A DNA stretch of 64,000 nt from Squalus acanthias (taxonomy: Eukaryota), in contig CM059432.1 in the NCBI GenBank assembly GCA_030390025.1, positions 133,178,001 through 133,242,000 on the forward strand, written 5' to 3'. Both the position numbers and the translations under genes were made by a program. This document shows positions 37,635-50,789 of this stretch, piece after piece (positions within the stretch are counted from its first letter, which is position 1; the number at the start of each line of letters is the position of its first letter). The notes below the pieces were generated by a model. The model ran no database searches and had not been told where the DNA came from. It saw only the letters and a list, made by a program, of their open reading frames with translations.

Positions 37635-38387
37635 GGGCCGTATTTTCCGATTGGAGGCTTCCCGCATGCGGAATCCTCTGATCTGGAAAAAATCTATGCA
37701 CTTACCTGAGGGTTCCCGAGGTGCATATAGTTCTAATGCTGGGCCTCTCCAACTCCAAGTGCGCAGGGCCTACGTATCCCAGAGGCGCATGCAGTTTGCA
37801 AGCATCCCTGGGATCACGTGGGCCATGGGGAGCCAATCAAAGAAGGGAATCTCCCTTCATACACTTGACAGATGGACCTGTCAAATATATGAATGGAGAT
37901 CACTCCAAAAACACTTAAAATATTAAATAATTTTTTTTTTTAAATCACATTTTTAAAATTAGTTGAAATTACAATAAATTAAATATTTTAAACAAAAATT
38001 TAATCTTCTGAAAAAAATATTTAAAGTTTTTTACGGGGCTAAAAATAAACTTACCTTTTTTAAAAGTATTTTTAATTGATAAATGACTGAAATTTAAAAA
38101 AAAACTTTTTTTCAACTCTTATCCTGGTAAAAGCAGGCCTTACGCTTTTACCAGGCGTAAGATTTCTAAGGGTTTTCTGCGGGCGGAGGTTCTCCAGAAT
38201 GCAGAACTATCCGCCCGCAGAGGCCTTTCTCCAGGGCAGGCGTCCGATCTGTCAAGAGCATTCTTGACAGATCGGAAATGCCGGTTTTCAGCGCATGCGC
38301 TGTGCATGCCTGAAACTGGCATTTCCGATGTCCCTACGGGTGGGTACACAGCTCGTACACACCCGTAGGCATCGGAATATCCGGGCC
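37635..38387 (+). mobile_element. MITE family A, complete copy with ATA TSD
   Basis: ATA|GGGCCGTATTTTCCGAT...ATCGGAATATCCGGGCC|ATA; collinear with 3808-4492. Confidence 0.85.
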
Positions 38388-38464
38388 ATAAACTTTTGGG
38401 AAGTACATAATGCGGTTTGCATAGGATGTGGTTTATGTTCTGATGTATATTGGTGGTGTGAGAC

Positions 38465-38694
38465 CAGAGGACTTCTCCCTGGTGCCCTAGCCAACATTTA
38501 TCCCTCAACCAACATCACCAAAAACATTAACTGGTCATTTATCTCACTACTGTTTGTGTGCACAAATTGGCTGCCGTGTTCATCTACATAACAACAGTGA
38601 CTACGCTTCAAAAGGAATTAATTCGCTATAAAGAGCTTTGGGATGTCCCGAGGACCTGAAAGGCAGTATATAAAGGCAAGTTCTTTCTTTCTTT
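38465..38694 (+). mobile_element. SacSINE1-like 3' fragment
   Basis: Aligns with 8610-8852. Confidence 0.8.
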
Positions 38695-40156
38695 ATGATG
38701 TTTATTGCCTGACCCCTCAACTATGAAGGATAGCACGGACACACCTATATAAGATATGACAACAGCTTGCCGGTTAACTTTTCCGGGATATAACGCAAGG
38801 ATATGCAGCAGTGCATCTCGGTAGATGTTTGGATATGTTTTCTTTTAAATCTTTGGTATATCTTTAAAATGAACATCTAAGCTAATCATTTTGTTGGGGT
38901 AGGAGTTGAGAGTATCTCTCATAATGTAGAAAAGTTCAAAAGCCTGAAAGAAAAACAATTTATTTTACTGCCCAACTTATGTCCTCCTTCCCCCAATCAT
39001 AAGTATCTTTCCCGACTCTGTAATCTATGAAGTCATCAGTTAAGCGCAGTGTTATGAGAAAGAGGGCAGACAGCAAAAGAAGATTGAGCGATAGCAATTC
39101 CACTCACAAAATTCACTAAATACCACCATTAAACATCAACAGTTACAGCTGAAATATCAAAGGAGATACAGGTTAGTCCAGTGAGCTATTGTTGCTCCTG
39201 ATCTCTTTTCAGTATTTTCACTGTCAGTATTAGGCATATACTTCATAATAATGTACAGTATTCAGCTAATGATGTTGTAGGTGACAGCACATTCATTGTC
39301 ATTTGTTTTAAAGTGTGACCTGAAGCATTTCAGCCCATGTACGGGCTGTGGGAATAGATATGTTTCTGTAAACAAACTCCGAAGGCATGCAGAGGTGTGA
39401 GCTGTGAACTGAAGAGTTACCCCATGGAAATGCGATTTCCATAGACAGTTAAGCATACTTTCTTTTGGGTGGATTACAGTGTAATCAGCTGATAATGAAA
39501 GCAAATGTGAAAGAGACTGTATACGGGATTATTTATCCATGTATCAGAGAGTTTAACGACAGCTTATATTTGTTCTTTTCCAGCTACTTTTAATAAATTT
39601 ATGGAAGGAGAAAATCTTGTATCAATTTACTTGACACCGGGGATTCCAGGATAGACGTTGCGCCCTCAGGAATTACCTTGAAGATTTTGTGCTGGTTCTT
39701 TCTTCCACCGAAGCTAAAGATTTCTTGGTTGTCTCGGAGCTGCAACTTTATAAAATCAGAATATCACAGCGCAGGAACAGGCCATCCCACCCATCCCAGT
39801 CCGTGATGGTGTTCTTCTCCATTTGACCTTTTAGTGCTTCAAGCGCTGAACGTGATTTCTTGTTCTGCGCGTAAGTCTTTGCTGGTAAATTTATTCTTTA
39901 CTGACACTTTTGTTCAGTTTGACAAATATTGGGCACTTTGCTAACTTTTCCAGCTATTGTTAGCCACATGTTTGCCCTTCTTTCAGGTGTAGGTAGCACT
40001 GGGGGTCATGTTCCAGCACCTTGGGATGTTTTACTATGTTAAAGGCGCTATATGAATGCAAATTGTTGTTTGACAAAATGTTTGCTGAGAATAAATAGTT
40101 GCGCCTGAGAGAAGCAAGGCCATATTGTCTCTTTGTGGACTCCAATTTCGACTTTA

Positions 40157-40585
40157 GTGTTAGCTGTGGCCCTGTGGGTAGCACTCTGAGTCAGAAGGTT
40201 GTGGGTTCAAGTCCCCCTCCGGAGACTTGAGGACAAAAATCTAGGCTGACGCTCCCAGCGCAGTACTGAGGGAGTGCTGCACTGTCGGAGGTGCCGTCTT
40301 TCAGAGGAGATGTTGAACCAAGATGTCTGCCCTCTCAGGTGGCCATAAAAGATCCCATGGCACTATTTCGAAGTTGAGCAGGGGAGTTATCACCGGTGTC
40401 CTGGCCAACATTTATCCCTCAATCAACATCACTAAAACAGATTATCTGCTCATTATCACCTTGCTGTTTGTGGGAGCTTGCTGTGTGCAAATGGGCTGTT
40501 GCGTTTCCTACTCTTCAAAAGTACTTCATTAGTTGTAAAGTGCTGAGGTCATGAAAGGCACGATATAAATGCAAGCTCTTTCTTT
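40157..40585 (+). mobile_element. SacSINE1-like SINE, near full length
   Basis: Head, Deu domain and tail present, with small deletions. Confidence 0.9.
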
Positions 40586-41312
40586 ATGCACCGGCAGCTG
40601 GTCAGATTATAACTCGTTTATTTTTATCGCAATTTAATCGAGCGGGTTTGATTTTTGGTGCTATTTTACGTGGAGTCGCACTTCATCTGATTTTTGCGAA
40701 TCTCTTCCAAAGAGGCATCTGCAGTTATGTGTCTCCAGCTCCAGTGTGCATGTGAGTAAACTGGCTCCTTCGAATGCTGCGACAGCTCATGTCAATTCCT
40801 GCAGCCGGTCCAACCAAATTCTAGCAACAAGGGAATGTAGATTCCGCAGCAGGTTTATCCACTTCCTGTATCACGTTGCGAAGTGGTCTACACATATTTG
40901 AGTTTTAAGCAAAATATCACGATAGCCAAACAAAAAAAAAACCCCACACAGGTTTAGAAACATGCTTGAAGTTATCAACATACAAGACCTGATGAGGAGG
41001 GGAGATGAGGAGACCAAAGAAATTGAGCAGGAGCTGCTGCAGAGACCTGGAGCAGCCAGAAACTGTTTGGGAACAGGGACCTGAGGGTAAGAATAGAGCA
41101 ACTTTACGAAGGCGATAACGTGGAATTCTGATGGAAAGAGTGTCAGAAAACAAGTTTGGGGACATGTTTCGGAGCATTCTGGGGCTACCTTGGGAATTCC
41201 ACTAAAATATGCCCCTGATATGCCCTGAGGTAGCTGAGAGATGTGTTGATGCTAATCTGGGCCGTAAATAAGCCCTACCACCAAAGAATTGAACGTAAGT
41301 GAATCCAACTCG

Positions 41313-41530
41313 CACACCATCCTGACTTGGAAATATATCGCCGTTCTTTCATCGTCACTAGGTCAAAATCCTGGAACTCCCTCCCTAACTGCACTGTGGG
41401 AGCACCTTCACCACACGGACTGCATCGGTTCAAGAAGGTGGCTCACCACCACCTTCTCAAGGGCAGCTAGGGATGGGCAATAAATGCTGGCCTTGCCAGC
41501 GACACCCACATCCCATGAATGAATAAAATA
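41313..41530 (+). mobile_element. L2/Crack-group LINE 3' fragment
   Basis: Aligns with 35830-36045. Confidence 0.88.
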
Positions 41531-42560
41531 GCAGGATTGATGACCATTTGATGTGGTGCTCTGCCTGTGCAAGCACACGTTTACAAGGGTTCCATGCAAC
41601 CTCCAGTCTTCGGCCTGACGGGCTTTTTCAACTCGCCTGTGAAGTGGCAGGGTGCCACTCTGAATTTCCCAATGGCCAGTGGAGTGGGTGTCCACTCTTT
41701 CACCATTACAGGCACAGGCAGCCGCCCCTACAATTTAAATGGGTCCACCCGGGACTTGGGATGAGGTCATGACCACGGCAAAGTGGTGGGTGCAAGATCC
41801 ACCCTGCCACACTGTAAGGTTTCCAAAATTTGCAGATCCCCAAAACCTAAGGAAAAAGGACTTTGGAACTACCTCAGAGTGATAAAAATGCATTTGGGCC
41901 TAACCTAAGAGACTGTAAGACCAAAAACCAAGTTTTGGCATTTTAAAAGCATGTCTGGGCCTGTGAAGGGAGTAAAGGCTGTGAAGAAAGTTGGGTTCAA
42001 CCTCTGCAAAAGCAGTTTTGGGTATTGCAGTTAAATTGCATTGTCTGGGGAATCGGGATGACCTCATTCAAGCCCCAGCACGCATTAACATTTTGACAAT
42101 AGACCCTAGGAGGAGACAGCCCCACCCAAAACAACAGGTCCCATCAAACCGATTACAGAACCCATTAAAGACATGCATAAAGCAAATATTCGATCGAAGT
42201 CCTAGGCCCAGTCAAGAAACCCAAAACATGAGGACAATTCAAACTCCGATTAAACAGCAGATCGACAGGATGGAGCTATCCGGAAACCACTTCACACATT
42301 TACAAAACCAGTTAACACGCTAGTAAAGTCGTTACTGTTAACGAGGTCTTACAATGACCGGGATTTGATTTGGTTTTGATAAGGCCACTTCAATTTAGTA
42401 TAATTGAAGGCCCATCAAGCAGTTCAGGAGTAACAACAGTTCAAGTTCAACAGAAGGCCGTTCTGCAGTTTTGGAGTTCAATTTGAAAGCCTGTTTTTCA
42501 GCAGAAGTCAGTGCTGGAATTACAGAGTTCAGGAGAAGCTATCGTATTAGTGTTTGGTTC

Positions 42561-45500
42561 ACTGCCACCTCTCTTCTAGGAATGCCTACCTTGAAGAAGT
42601 TCTGCTCTTCTCTTCGACGGGATTTCCGTTTGGCTCTTCAACCTTGTTCATCTTCATTGATTTCAGTTTCCCTTCTCGTGTTTGATCAGGTATCTGCCAA
42701 GACTCGGTTTCACAGCCACATTACTTTCCTCAGCAACTGTCTCCGGTTCCGACTTATCCCACGTGGATTCCAACTAAACTTCCACCCTTCGTGTTTCGGA
42801 TCAACCCAGGATTACAAATATCTCCAAGATATTCATCGTTCCTCGAACTACTGCTCTTGCCGCATCTTGAGATCCACGCTCAACACCATGCGGCGCCAGA
42901 TGAACACTCTCGACATCTCTCTTCAGCAGCACCGACGCACTCTATCTCAAAGCTGTCCGGGTCCACAGTTCCATTTCATCCTCAGACTCATAGAAACATA
43001 GACATAGAAAATAGGTACAGGAGTAGAGCATTCGGTCCTTCGAGCCTGCACCGCCATTCAATGCATTCATGGCTGAACATGCTACCTCAGTACCCCATTC
43101 CTGCTTTCTCGCCATACCCCTTGATCCCCCTAGTTGTGAGTGTTATATCTAACTCCCTTTTGAATATATTTAGCGAACTGGCCTCAACAACCTTCTGTGG
43201 AAGAGAATTCCATAGATTCACCACTCTCTGGGTGAAGAAGTTCCTCCTCAGCTCAGTCTTAAATGGCTTCCCCATAATCCTTAGACTGTGACCCCTGGTT
43301 CTAGTTTTCCCTAACATTGGGAACATTCTGCCCGCATCTAATTTGTCTAAACCAGTCAGGATTTTAAATGTCTCTATAAGATCCCCCCTCATTCTTCTGA
43401 ACTCCAGAGGATACAAGTTCAGTTGACCCAATCTTTCTTGATATGTCAGTCCGGCCATCCCAGGAATCAATCTAGTGAACCTTCGCTGCACTCCCTCAAT
43501 AGCAAGAATGTCCTTCCTTAAGTTAGGAGACCAAAACTGCGCACAATACTCCAGGTGTGGCCTCACCAAGGCCCTGTACAACTGCAGCATCACCTCCCTA
43601 CTCCTGTACTCAAATCCCCTTACTATGAAGGCCATCATTCCGTTTGCTTTCTTGACTGCCTGCTGCACTTGCATTCCCACCTTCAGTGACTGATGTACCA
43701 TGACGCCCAGGTCTCGTTGCACCTCCCCTTTCCCTAATCTGCCACCATTCAGGTAATAGTCCGCCTCTTTATTTTTACCACCAAAGTGGATAACCTCACA
43801 TTTATCCACATTGTACTTCATCTGCCATACATTTGCCCATTCACCCAACCTGTCCAAGTCACTCTGTAGCCTCCTAGCATCCTCCTCATTGTTCACACTG
43901 CCTCCCAATTTAGTGTCATCCGCAAATTTGGAGATATTACATTTAATCCCTTCGTCCAAATCATTAATATATAATGTAAACAGCTGGGGTCCCAGCACCG
44001 AACCCTGCGGTACCCCCGCTGGTCACTGCCTGCCATTCTGAAAAGTACCCATTTACTCCTACTCTTTGTTTCCTGTGTGCCAACCAGTTCTCAATCCACG
44101 TCAACACATTACCCCCAATCCCATGTGCTTTAACTTTGCTCACCAATCTCTTGTGTGGGACCTTGTCGAAGGCCTTCTGAAAGTCCAAATACACCACATC
44201 TACTGGTTCCCCCCTGTCCACCCTATTGGAAACATCCTCAAAAAATTCCAGAAGATTTGTCAAGCATGATTTCCCTTTCACAAATCCATGCTGACTTGGA
44301 CCTATCATGTCGCCACTTTCCAAATGGTCTGTTATGACATCTTTAATAATTGCTTCCATCATTTTACCCACGACCGATGTCAGGGTGACCGGTCTATAAT
44401 TCCCTGCTTTCTCCCTCCCTCCTTTTTTAAAAAGAGGGGTTACATTGGCCACCCTCCACTCCATCGGAACTGATCCAGAGTCTAAGGAATGTTGGAAAAT
44501 GATCGTCAATGCATCCAGTATTTCCAAGGCCACCTCCTTAAGTACTCTGGGATGCAGACCATCAGGCCCCGGGGATTTTTCAGCCTTCAGTCCCATCAAT
44601 TTCCCCAATACCTTTTCCCGACTAATAAGGATTTCCCTCAGCTCCTCCCTCTTACCAGATCCTCTGACCCCTTTTATTTCCGGCAGGTTGTGTGTGTCCT
44701 CCACAGTAAACACCGAACCAAAGTACTTGTTCAATTGATCTGCCATTTCCTTGTTCCCCATTACGACTTCCCCTGTTTCCGACTGCAGGGGACCTACGTT
44801 TGTTTTTACTAACCTCTTTCTTTTTACATATTTATAGAAGCTTTTGCAGTCCATTTTAATGTTCTCTGCAAGCTTCCTTTCATATTTTATTTTCCCTGCC
44901 CTAATCAAACCCTTCGTCCTCCTCTGCTGAGTTTTAAAGTTCTTCCAGTCCCCGGGTTTGCTGCTACTTCTGGCCAATTTGTATGCAACTTCCTTGGTTT
45001 TAATACTATCCCTGATTTCCCTTGTTAGCCATGGTTGAGCCACCTTCCCTTTTTTATTTTTACGCCAGACCGGGATGTACAATTGTTGTAGTTCATCCAT
45101 GCGATCTCTAAATGTCTGCCATTGCCCTTCCACTGATAGCCCCTTAAATATCGCTTGCCAATTTAACCTCGCCAATTCATGCCTCATACCCTCAAAGTTG
45201 CCCTTATTTAAGTTCTGGACCATGGTCTCTGACTTAACTGTTTCCTTCTCCATCCTAATGTAGAACTCCACCATACTATGGTCACTCTTCCCCAGGGGGC
45301 CTCGTCCCACAAGATTGCTGATTAGTCCTTCCTCATTACACAACACCCAGTCCAGGATGGCCTCCCCTCGAGTTGGTTCCTCAACATATTGGTTTAGGAA
45401 ACCATCCCTTAAACACTCCAGGAAATCCTCCTCCACCGTATTGCTTCCAGTTTGAGTAGCCCAATCTATATTCATATTAAAGTCACCCATGATAACTGCC

Positions 45501-48316
45501 GTGCCTTTTTTGCACGCACCTCTGATTTCCTGTTTCATACCCTCCCCCACCTCACTACTGCTGTTTGGAGGTCTGTACACAACTCCCACCAACGTTTTCT
45601 GCCCTTTGGTGTTCTGCAGCTCAACCCATATTGATTCCACATCCTCCAAGCTGATGTCCTTCCTAGCTATTGCATTAATCTCCTCTTTAACCAGCAATGC
45701 TACCCCAACCCCTTTTCCTTTTATTCTATCCTTTCTGAATGTTGAATACCCCTGGATGTTCAGTTCCCAGCCTTGATTGTTCTGGAGCCACGTCTCTGTA
45801 ATCCCAATCACATCGTATCCGTTAACATCTATTTGCACAGTCAATTCATCCACCTTATTACGGATACTCATCCGACGCTTCAACAAAAAACTTTTCTTCT
45901 TCCTTTCCGATGTCAAGGATCGCAAGCTTCAACAACTCTTGGACACTAACGCCCCTCCGGAACCTTCTTCCCCTTCACTTTCCTCTGACCCCCCTTCTCC
46001 CAATCTCACCCCCTGCCGCGTTTTCACTATCCCCTCTGACCTTCCCCTCTCTGACTCCGAACGATCAGTCCTCAGCAAAGGCCTGAGCTTCATCCCGTTA
46101 CGCCCCCACCTCAATGAATTTCGAGCTCGGCACGATGCTGAGCTCTTTTTCCGCCGCCTCCGTCTCCGTGCCCACTTCTCTGGCCAGGAGTCTTCCCCCC
46201 GCACGGCTGACCCTTTCTCCCGCTTTCAGAATTCTCGTTCCACCTGGACCCCTCCCTCTGGCCTCTTACCCTCTCTAGATCTTTTCATTGCTAACTGCTG
46301 CCGTGACATCGGCCAGCTCAATTTCTCTGCTCCCCTCACTCACTCCAACCTACCTCCCTCTGAACTTGCTGCACTCCATTCTCTCCGATCCAACCCTGAC
46401 ATTGTCATTAAACCTGCTGACAAGGGTGGCGCTGTTGTTGTTTGGCGAACCGACCTCTACCTAGCGGAAGTTGAACGCCAACTCTCTGACACCTCCTCCT
46501 ACCTCCACCTGGACCATGACCCCACTACCGAACATCAAGCCACCGTGTCCAAGACCGTCACTGACCTCATCTCCTCTGGAGATCTTCCCCCCACGGCCGC
46601 CAACCTCATAGTTCCCCAACCTGCACAGCCCGCTTCTACCTCCTTCCCAAGATCCACAAACAGGACTGCCCCGGTAGACCCATCGTTTCAGCCTGTTCTT
46701 GCCCCACGGAACTTATCTCTTCCTATCTCGACTCTATTTTTTCTCCCCTTGTCCAGTCTCTTCCCACCTACATCCGCGACTCTTCTGATGCCCTCCGCCA
46801 TTTTAACAGTTTCCAGTTTCCCGGCCCCAACCGTCTCCTCTTCACTATGGACGTACAATCCCTCTACACCTCCATTCCCCACCAGGATGGCCTGAGGGCG
46901 CTCCGCTTCTTCCTTGAACAGAGGCCCAACCAGTCCCCATCCACCACCACCCTCCTCCGCCTGGCTGAACTTGTTCTCACATTGAACAACTTCTCCTTTG
47001 ACTCTACCCATTTCCTCTAAATTAAAGGAGTTGCTATGGGTACCCGCATGGGTCCTAGCTATGCCTGCCTTTTCGTGGGATATGTGGAACACTCTTTGTT
47101 CCAGTCCTACTCGGGTCCCCTCCCTCACCTCTTTTTCCGGTACATTGATAACTGTATCGGTGCCGTCTCCTGCTCTCGCCCTGAACTAGAACATTTCATT
47201 CACTATGCTTCCAATTTCCACCCTTCCCTCACCTTCACATGGTCCATCTCCGACTCTTGCCTTCCCTTCCTCGACTTCTCCATCTCCATCTCTGGGGATA
47301 GGTTATTGACTAACATTCACTACAAGCCCACTGACTCCCACAGCTACCTGGACTACACTTCCTCCCACCCTGCCGCCTGTAAGGACTCTATTCCATTCTC
47401 CCAGTTTCTCCGTCTCCGCCGCATCTGCTCTGATGATGCCACCTTCCATACCAGTGCTTCTGACATGTCTTCCTTTTTCCTCAACCGAGGATTCCCCTCT
47501 ACCGTGGTTGACACGGCCCTCGACCGTGTCCGTTCTATCTCCCACACTTCTGCCCTCACCCCTGCCCCTCCCTCCCGGAACCACGATAGGGTTCCCCTTG
47601 TCCTCACCTTTCACCCCACCAGCCTCCACATTCAACGGATCATCCTCCGCCATTTCCGCCACCTCCAGCGTGATCCCACCACCAAACACATCTTCCCCTC
47701 ACCTCCCCTTTCAGCATTCCGCAGGGACCGCTCCCTCCGCGACACCCTAGTCTACTCCTCTACCACCCCCAGCACCCCTTCCCCTTCGCCCGGCACCTTC
47801 CCGTGCACGCGCAGGAGATGCAACACATGCCCTTACACCTCCCCTCTTCCCACTGTCCAGGGCCCCAAACACCCCTTCCAGGTGAAACAGCGATTTACTT
47901 GTACTTCCTGCAATTTAGTATACTGTATTCGCTGCTCACGATGTGGTCTCCTCTACATTGGGGAGACCAAATGCAGATTGGGTGACCGCTTTGCGGAACA
48001 CCTCCATTCAGTCCGTAAGGGGGACCCCGAGCTCCCGGTCGCCTGTCACTTTAATTCACCGCTTCACTCCCACTCTGACCTCACCGTCCTCGGCCTATTA
48101 CACTGTTCCACGGAAGCGCAGCGTAAGCTCGAGGAACAGCACCTCATCTTTCGTTTAGGCACGCTACAGCCCTCTGGACTCAATATCGAGTTCAACAATT
48201 TTAGATCATAACCTCAGCTCCAATCACATTTATATTTTATTTTTTCCACCCTTTTATTTGCCCCCCCCCCACCTTTTTTTTCCTCCTAGAAGCTGGCAGC
48301 TGTCCTTCATTCTGCC
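42561..48316 (+). mobile_element. Penelope-like retroelement (Neptune-type RT + GIY-YIG), inactivated
   Basis: MPTLKKF...FILRLI joins RRFNKKLF across the CR1; RFYLLPKIHK, TMDVQSLYTSIP, GVAMGTRMGPSYA, RYIDN, Cys linker CTRRRCNTC, VYCIRC..CGLLYIGET..RL..RFAEH; frameshift ~46620, stop at 47018, ORF ends 48211. Confidence 0.95.
42992..45865 (-). mobile_element. CR1 LINE, nearly complete ORF2 (APE + RT), one frameshift ~44010
   Basis: SIRNKVDEL, ITETWL, YRPP, MGDFN, SDH, PGPDG, YLDFQKAFDKV, FADD; ACTCAT duplicated at 42986-42991 and 45866-45871. Confidence 0.97.
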
Positions 48317-48984
48317 AGTGGATTTCACACTTCTTTCAGCCTTAATCTGTCACATTGATTGGGCAGTTAAAGAAGACAGTTCAGTAAGAAGGGAGTTCTC
48401 CAGTAAAACAGTTCAAGTTCAACAAGCAGGCAGAAGGCAGTTTCCACAGTTCTGCAAGAAGGCAGTTCCACAGCTGGGAAGAAGACAGTTTAAACAGAAA
48501 GCAGTTCAACAAAGAAAGCCAACAGCTCCAGAAGTAGGCCGACACACAAGAAGAGACCAGAGCGACCGCCTCAGTGACCATCGGACACCTTGCGGCAACA
48601 AGGGCCTTACGAAACCTTTTACTCAAAAGACTCTAAACCCTAACTCTCAACTGTCAAGGATTCGTTTGGTGAGCATTATCCCTGGTTCTCCAGAGTCCAA
48701 CCTAGCTAGTGAAGTGGGATTGGGAGGGGTGAAGTATTCTTCTAATGTTATTTCCCTCGCGTGTACCTAAGTGTTCTCCACCTTTAGAGTGTTAAGAGTG
48801 CTTGTGTTGTGTTTTACTTTCTTGAATAAAAGTCAAAATTCTTTCATCAAAACCTGTTGTCTACTGCACCTTTGTTCACGACCCCCAAATAAGTCCAAGG
48901 TCTAGAACCAGGGGCGTGGGAGCGATTCGAACCGCTCACTGAGTCAGAGGTGAAGCTGACCCTACCACACCACCCCCTACACAC

Positions 48985-50105
48985 TCCAGCAGCACCAACA
49001 ATGCCAACAACACCTGCACCATCAACAACGCCAACAGCACCAGCAAAGCCAGCAGCGCCAACAACACCTGCAGCACCAACAACACCAACAACACCTGCAG
49101 CACCAACAACGCCTGCAGCACCAACAACGCCAACAGCACCAGCAATGCCAACAGCACCAACAACACCTGCAGCACCAACAACGCCAACAGCACCAACAAC
49201 ACCTGCAGCACCAACAACGCCAACAGCACCAACAGCGCCAACAACACCTGCAGCACCAACAACGCCAACAGCACCAGCAAAACCAACAACACCTGCAGCA
49301 CCAACAACGCCAACAGCACCAGCAAAACCAACAGCACCAACAACACCTGCAGCATCAACAACGCCAACAGCACCAGCAAAACCAACAGCACCAACAACAC
49401 CTGCAGCACCAACAATGCCAGCAGCACCAGCAAAACCAACAGCACCAACAACACCTGCAGCACCAACAATGCCAGCAGCACCAGCAAAACCAACATCACC
49501 AGCAATGCCAACAGCGCCAACAACACCTGCAGCACCAACAATGCCAGCAGCACCAGCAAAACCAACATGCCAGCAGCACCAGCAAAACCAACATCACCAG
49601 CAATGCCAACAGCGCCAACAACACCTGCAGCACCAACAATGCCAGCAGCACCAGCAAAACCAACAGCACCAACAACACCTGCAGCACCAACAATGCCAGC
49701 AGCACCAGCAAAACCAACATCACCAGCAATGCCAACAGCGCCAACAACACCTGCAGCACCAATGCCAACAACACCTGCAGCACCAACAACACCTGCAGCA
49801 CCAACAATGCCAACGACACCAACAACACCTGCAACACCAACAATGCCAACGACACCAACAGCACCAACAACACCTGCAGCACCAACAATGCCAACGACAC
49901 CAACAGCACCAACAACACCTGCAGCACCAACAATGCCAACGACACCAACAGCACCAACAACACCTGCAGCACCAACAATGCCAACGACACCAACAGCACC
50001 AACAACACCTGCAGCACCAACAATGCCAATAACACCAACAATGCCAACAACACCTGCAGCACCAACAACACCAATAGCACCAGCAATGCCAATGGCGCCG
50101 ACAGC
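48985..50105 (+). repeat. 9-bp-unit minisatellite reading (X-Pro-Y)n
   Basis: Units GCACCAACA, ACACCTGCA, ATGCCAACA, ACGCCAACA, AAACCAACA; 1-nt phase slip at ~49567. Confidence 0.95.
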
Positions 50106-50789
50106 ACGTGGAATTCGTACCTTCTGAAGCAGCCAGCAGCTGAGCGGGGACAGAGACCCTGGAGCCGATCAGCCAGTCAGCTCGCAGCTAACCACCTGAC
50201 TCCAGCCAGCTGGCCCGCCTGCAGCCAACCACCAGCAGATAGGCCTCAGAAAACAGTTAGGTACCACCAGCAGCCCTGTTGGTGAAAGCAGGGAGCAATG
50301 CTGAGCTCAAGGGTCTGGGTGTAGATTCCCTAGTGGGTGAACAGGTTTTCTAAGCTGCTTTTATGCTGTTCTTTTAATTTGGCAGTGCTAAAACAGTGGT
50401 GTTCTACAGCCAGCTTTAGTTAAACAGAAAAGCAGCAGGTGACATAGCATGAGACTTCTATATAAACTAAGAAACCTATTGTGAAAGCCGATTGTGTCAA
50501 CATTGCCTCTCCTGTTGCTGATTTTGCAGTGGCGGAGAAATGCCTTTGGAATCATGGGGAGCTCGGGCAATAAGCAGTTTGTTTACTGTCTTTTTTTCTC
50601 CTCGGATGAGTCATTTTCTTGCAAAGGAGGAACATCTAGTTGGATGCTGAGACGCCCACTTGCCTTCCCAAAACAAGCGCGGGGAGGGCTGTTTAAATGT
50701 TCAGATCAAGGGTCCTACACCGGTTGAAGGACCCCAATTGCAATTTTCATGTAGAAATGGGTGGAGCGTGTGAAGTAAGTCCATGCTAG

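Larger units (their letters stand above)
41813..48969 (+). mobile_element. Probable solo LTR (~1.4 kb net: 41813-42560 + ~48317-48969) split by Penelope/CR1
   Basis: TGTAAGG...CCACA termini; AACAGTTCAAGTTCAACA on both sides of the insert (42435, 48407); AATAAA at 48825-48830; no clean 4-6 bp TSD. Confidence 0.6.

Noticed and set aside
45777..46895. 372-aa and 653-aa ORFs as host or fusion genes
   Set aside because: Their N-termini are read-through across the CR1/Penelope junction.
48936..50107. Leu/Val-rich minus-strand ORFs and Gln/His-rich plus frame as proteins
   Set aside because: Alternative readings of the 9-bp repeat.
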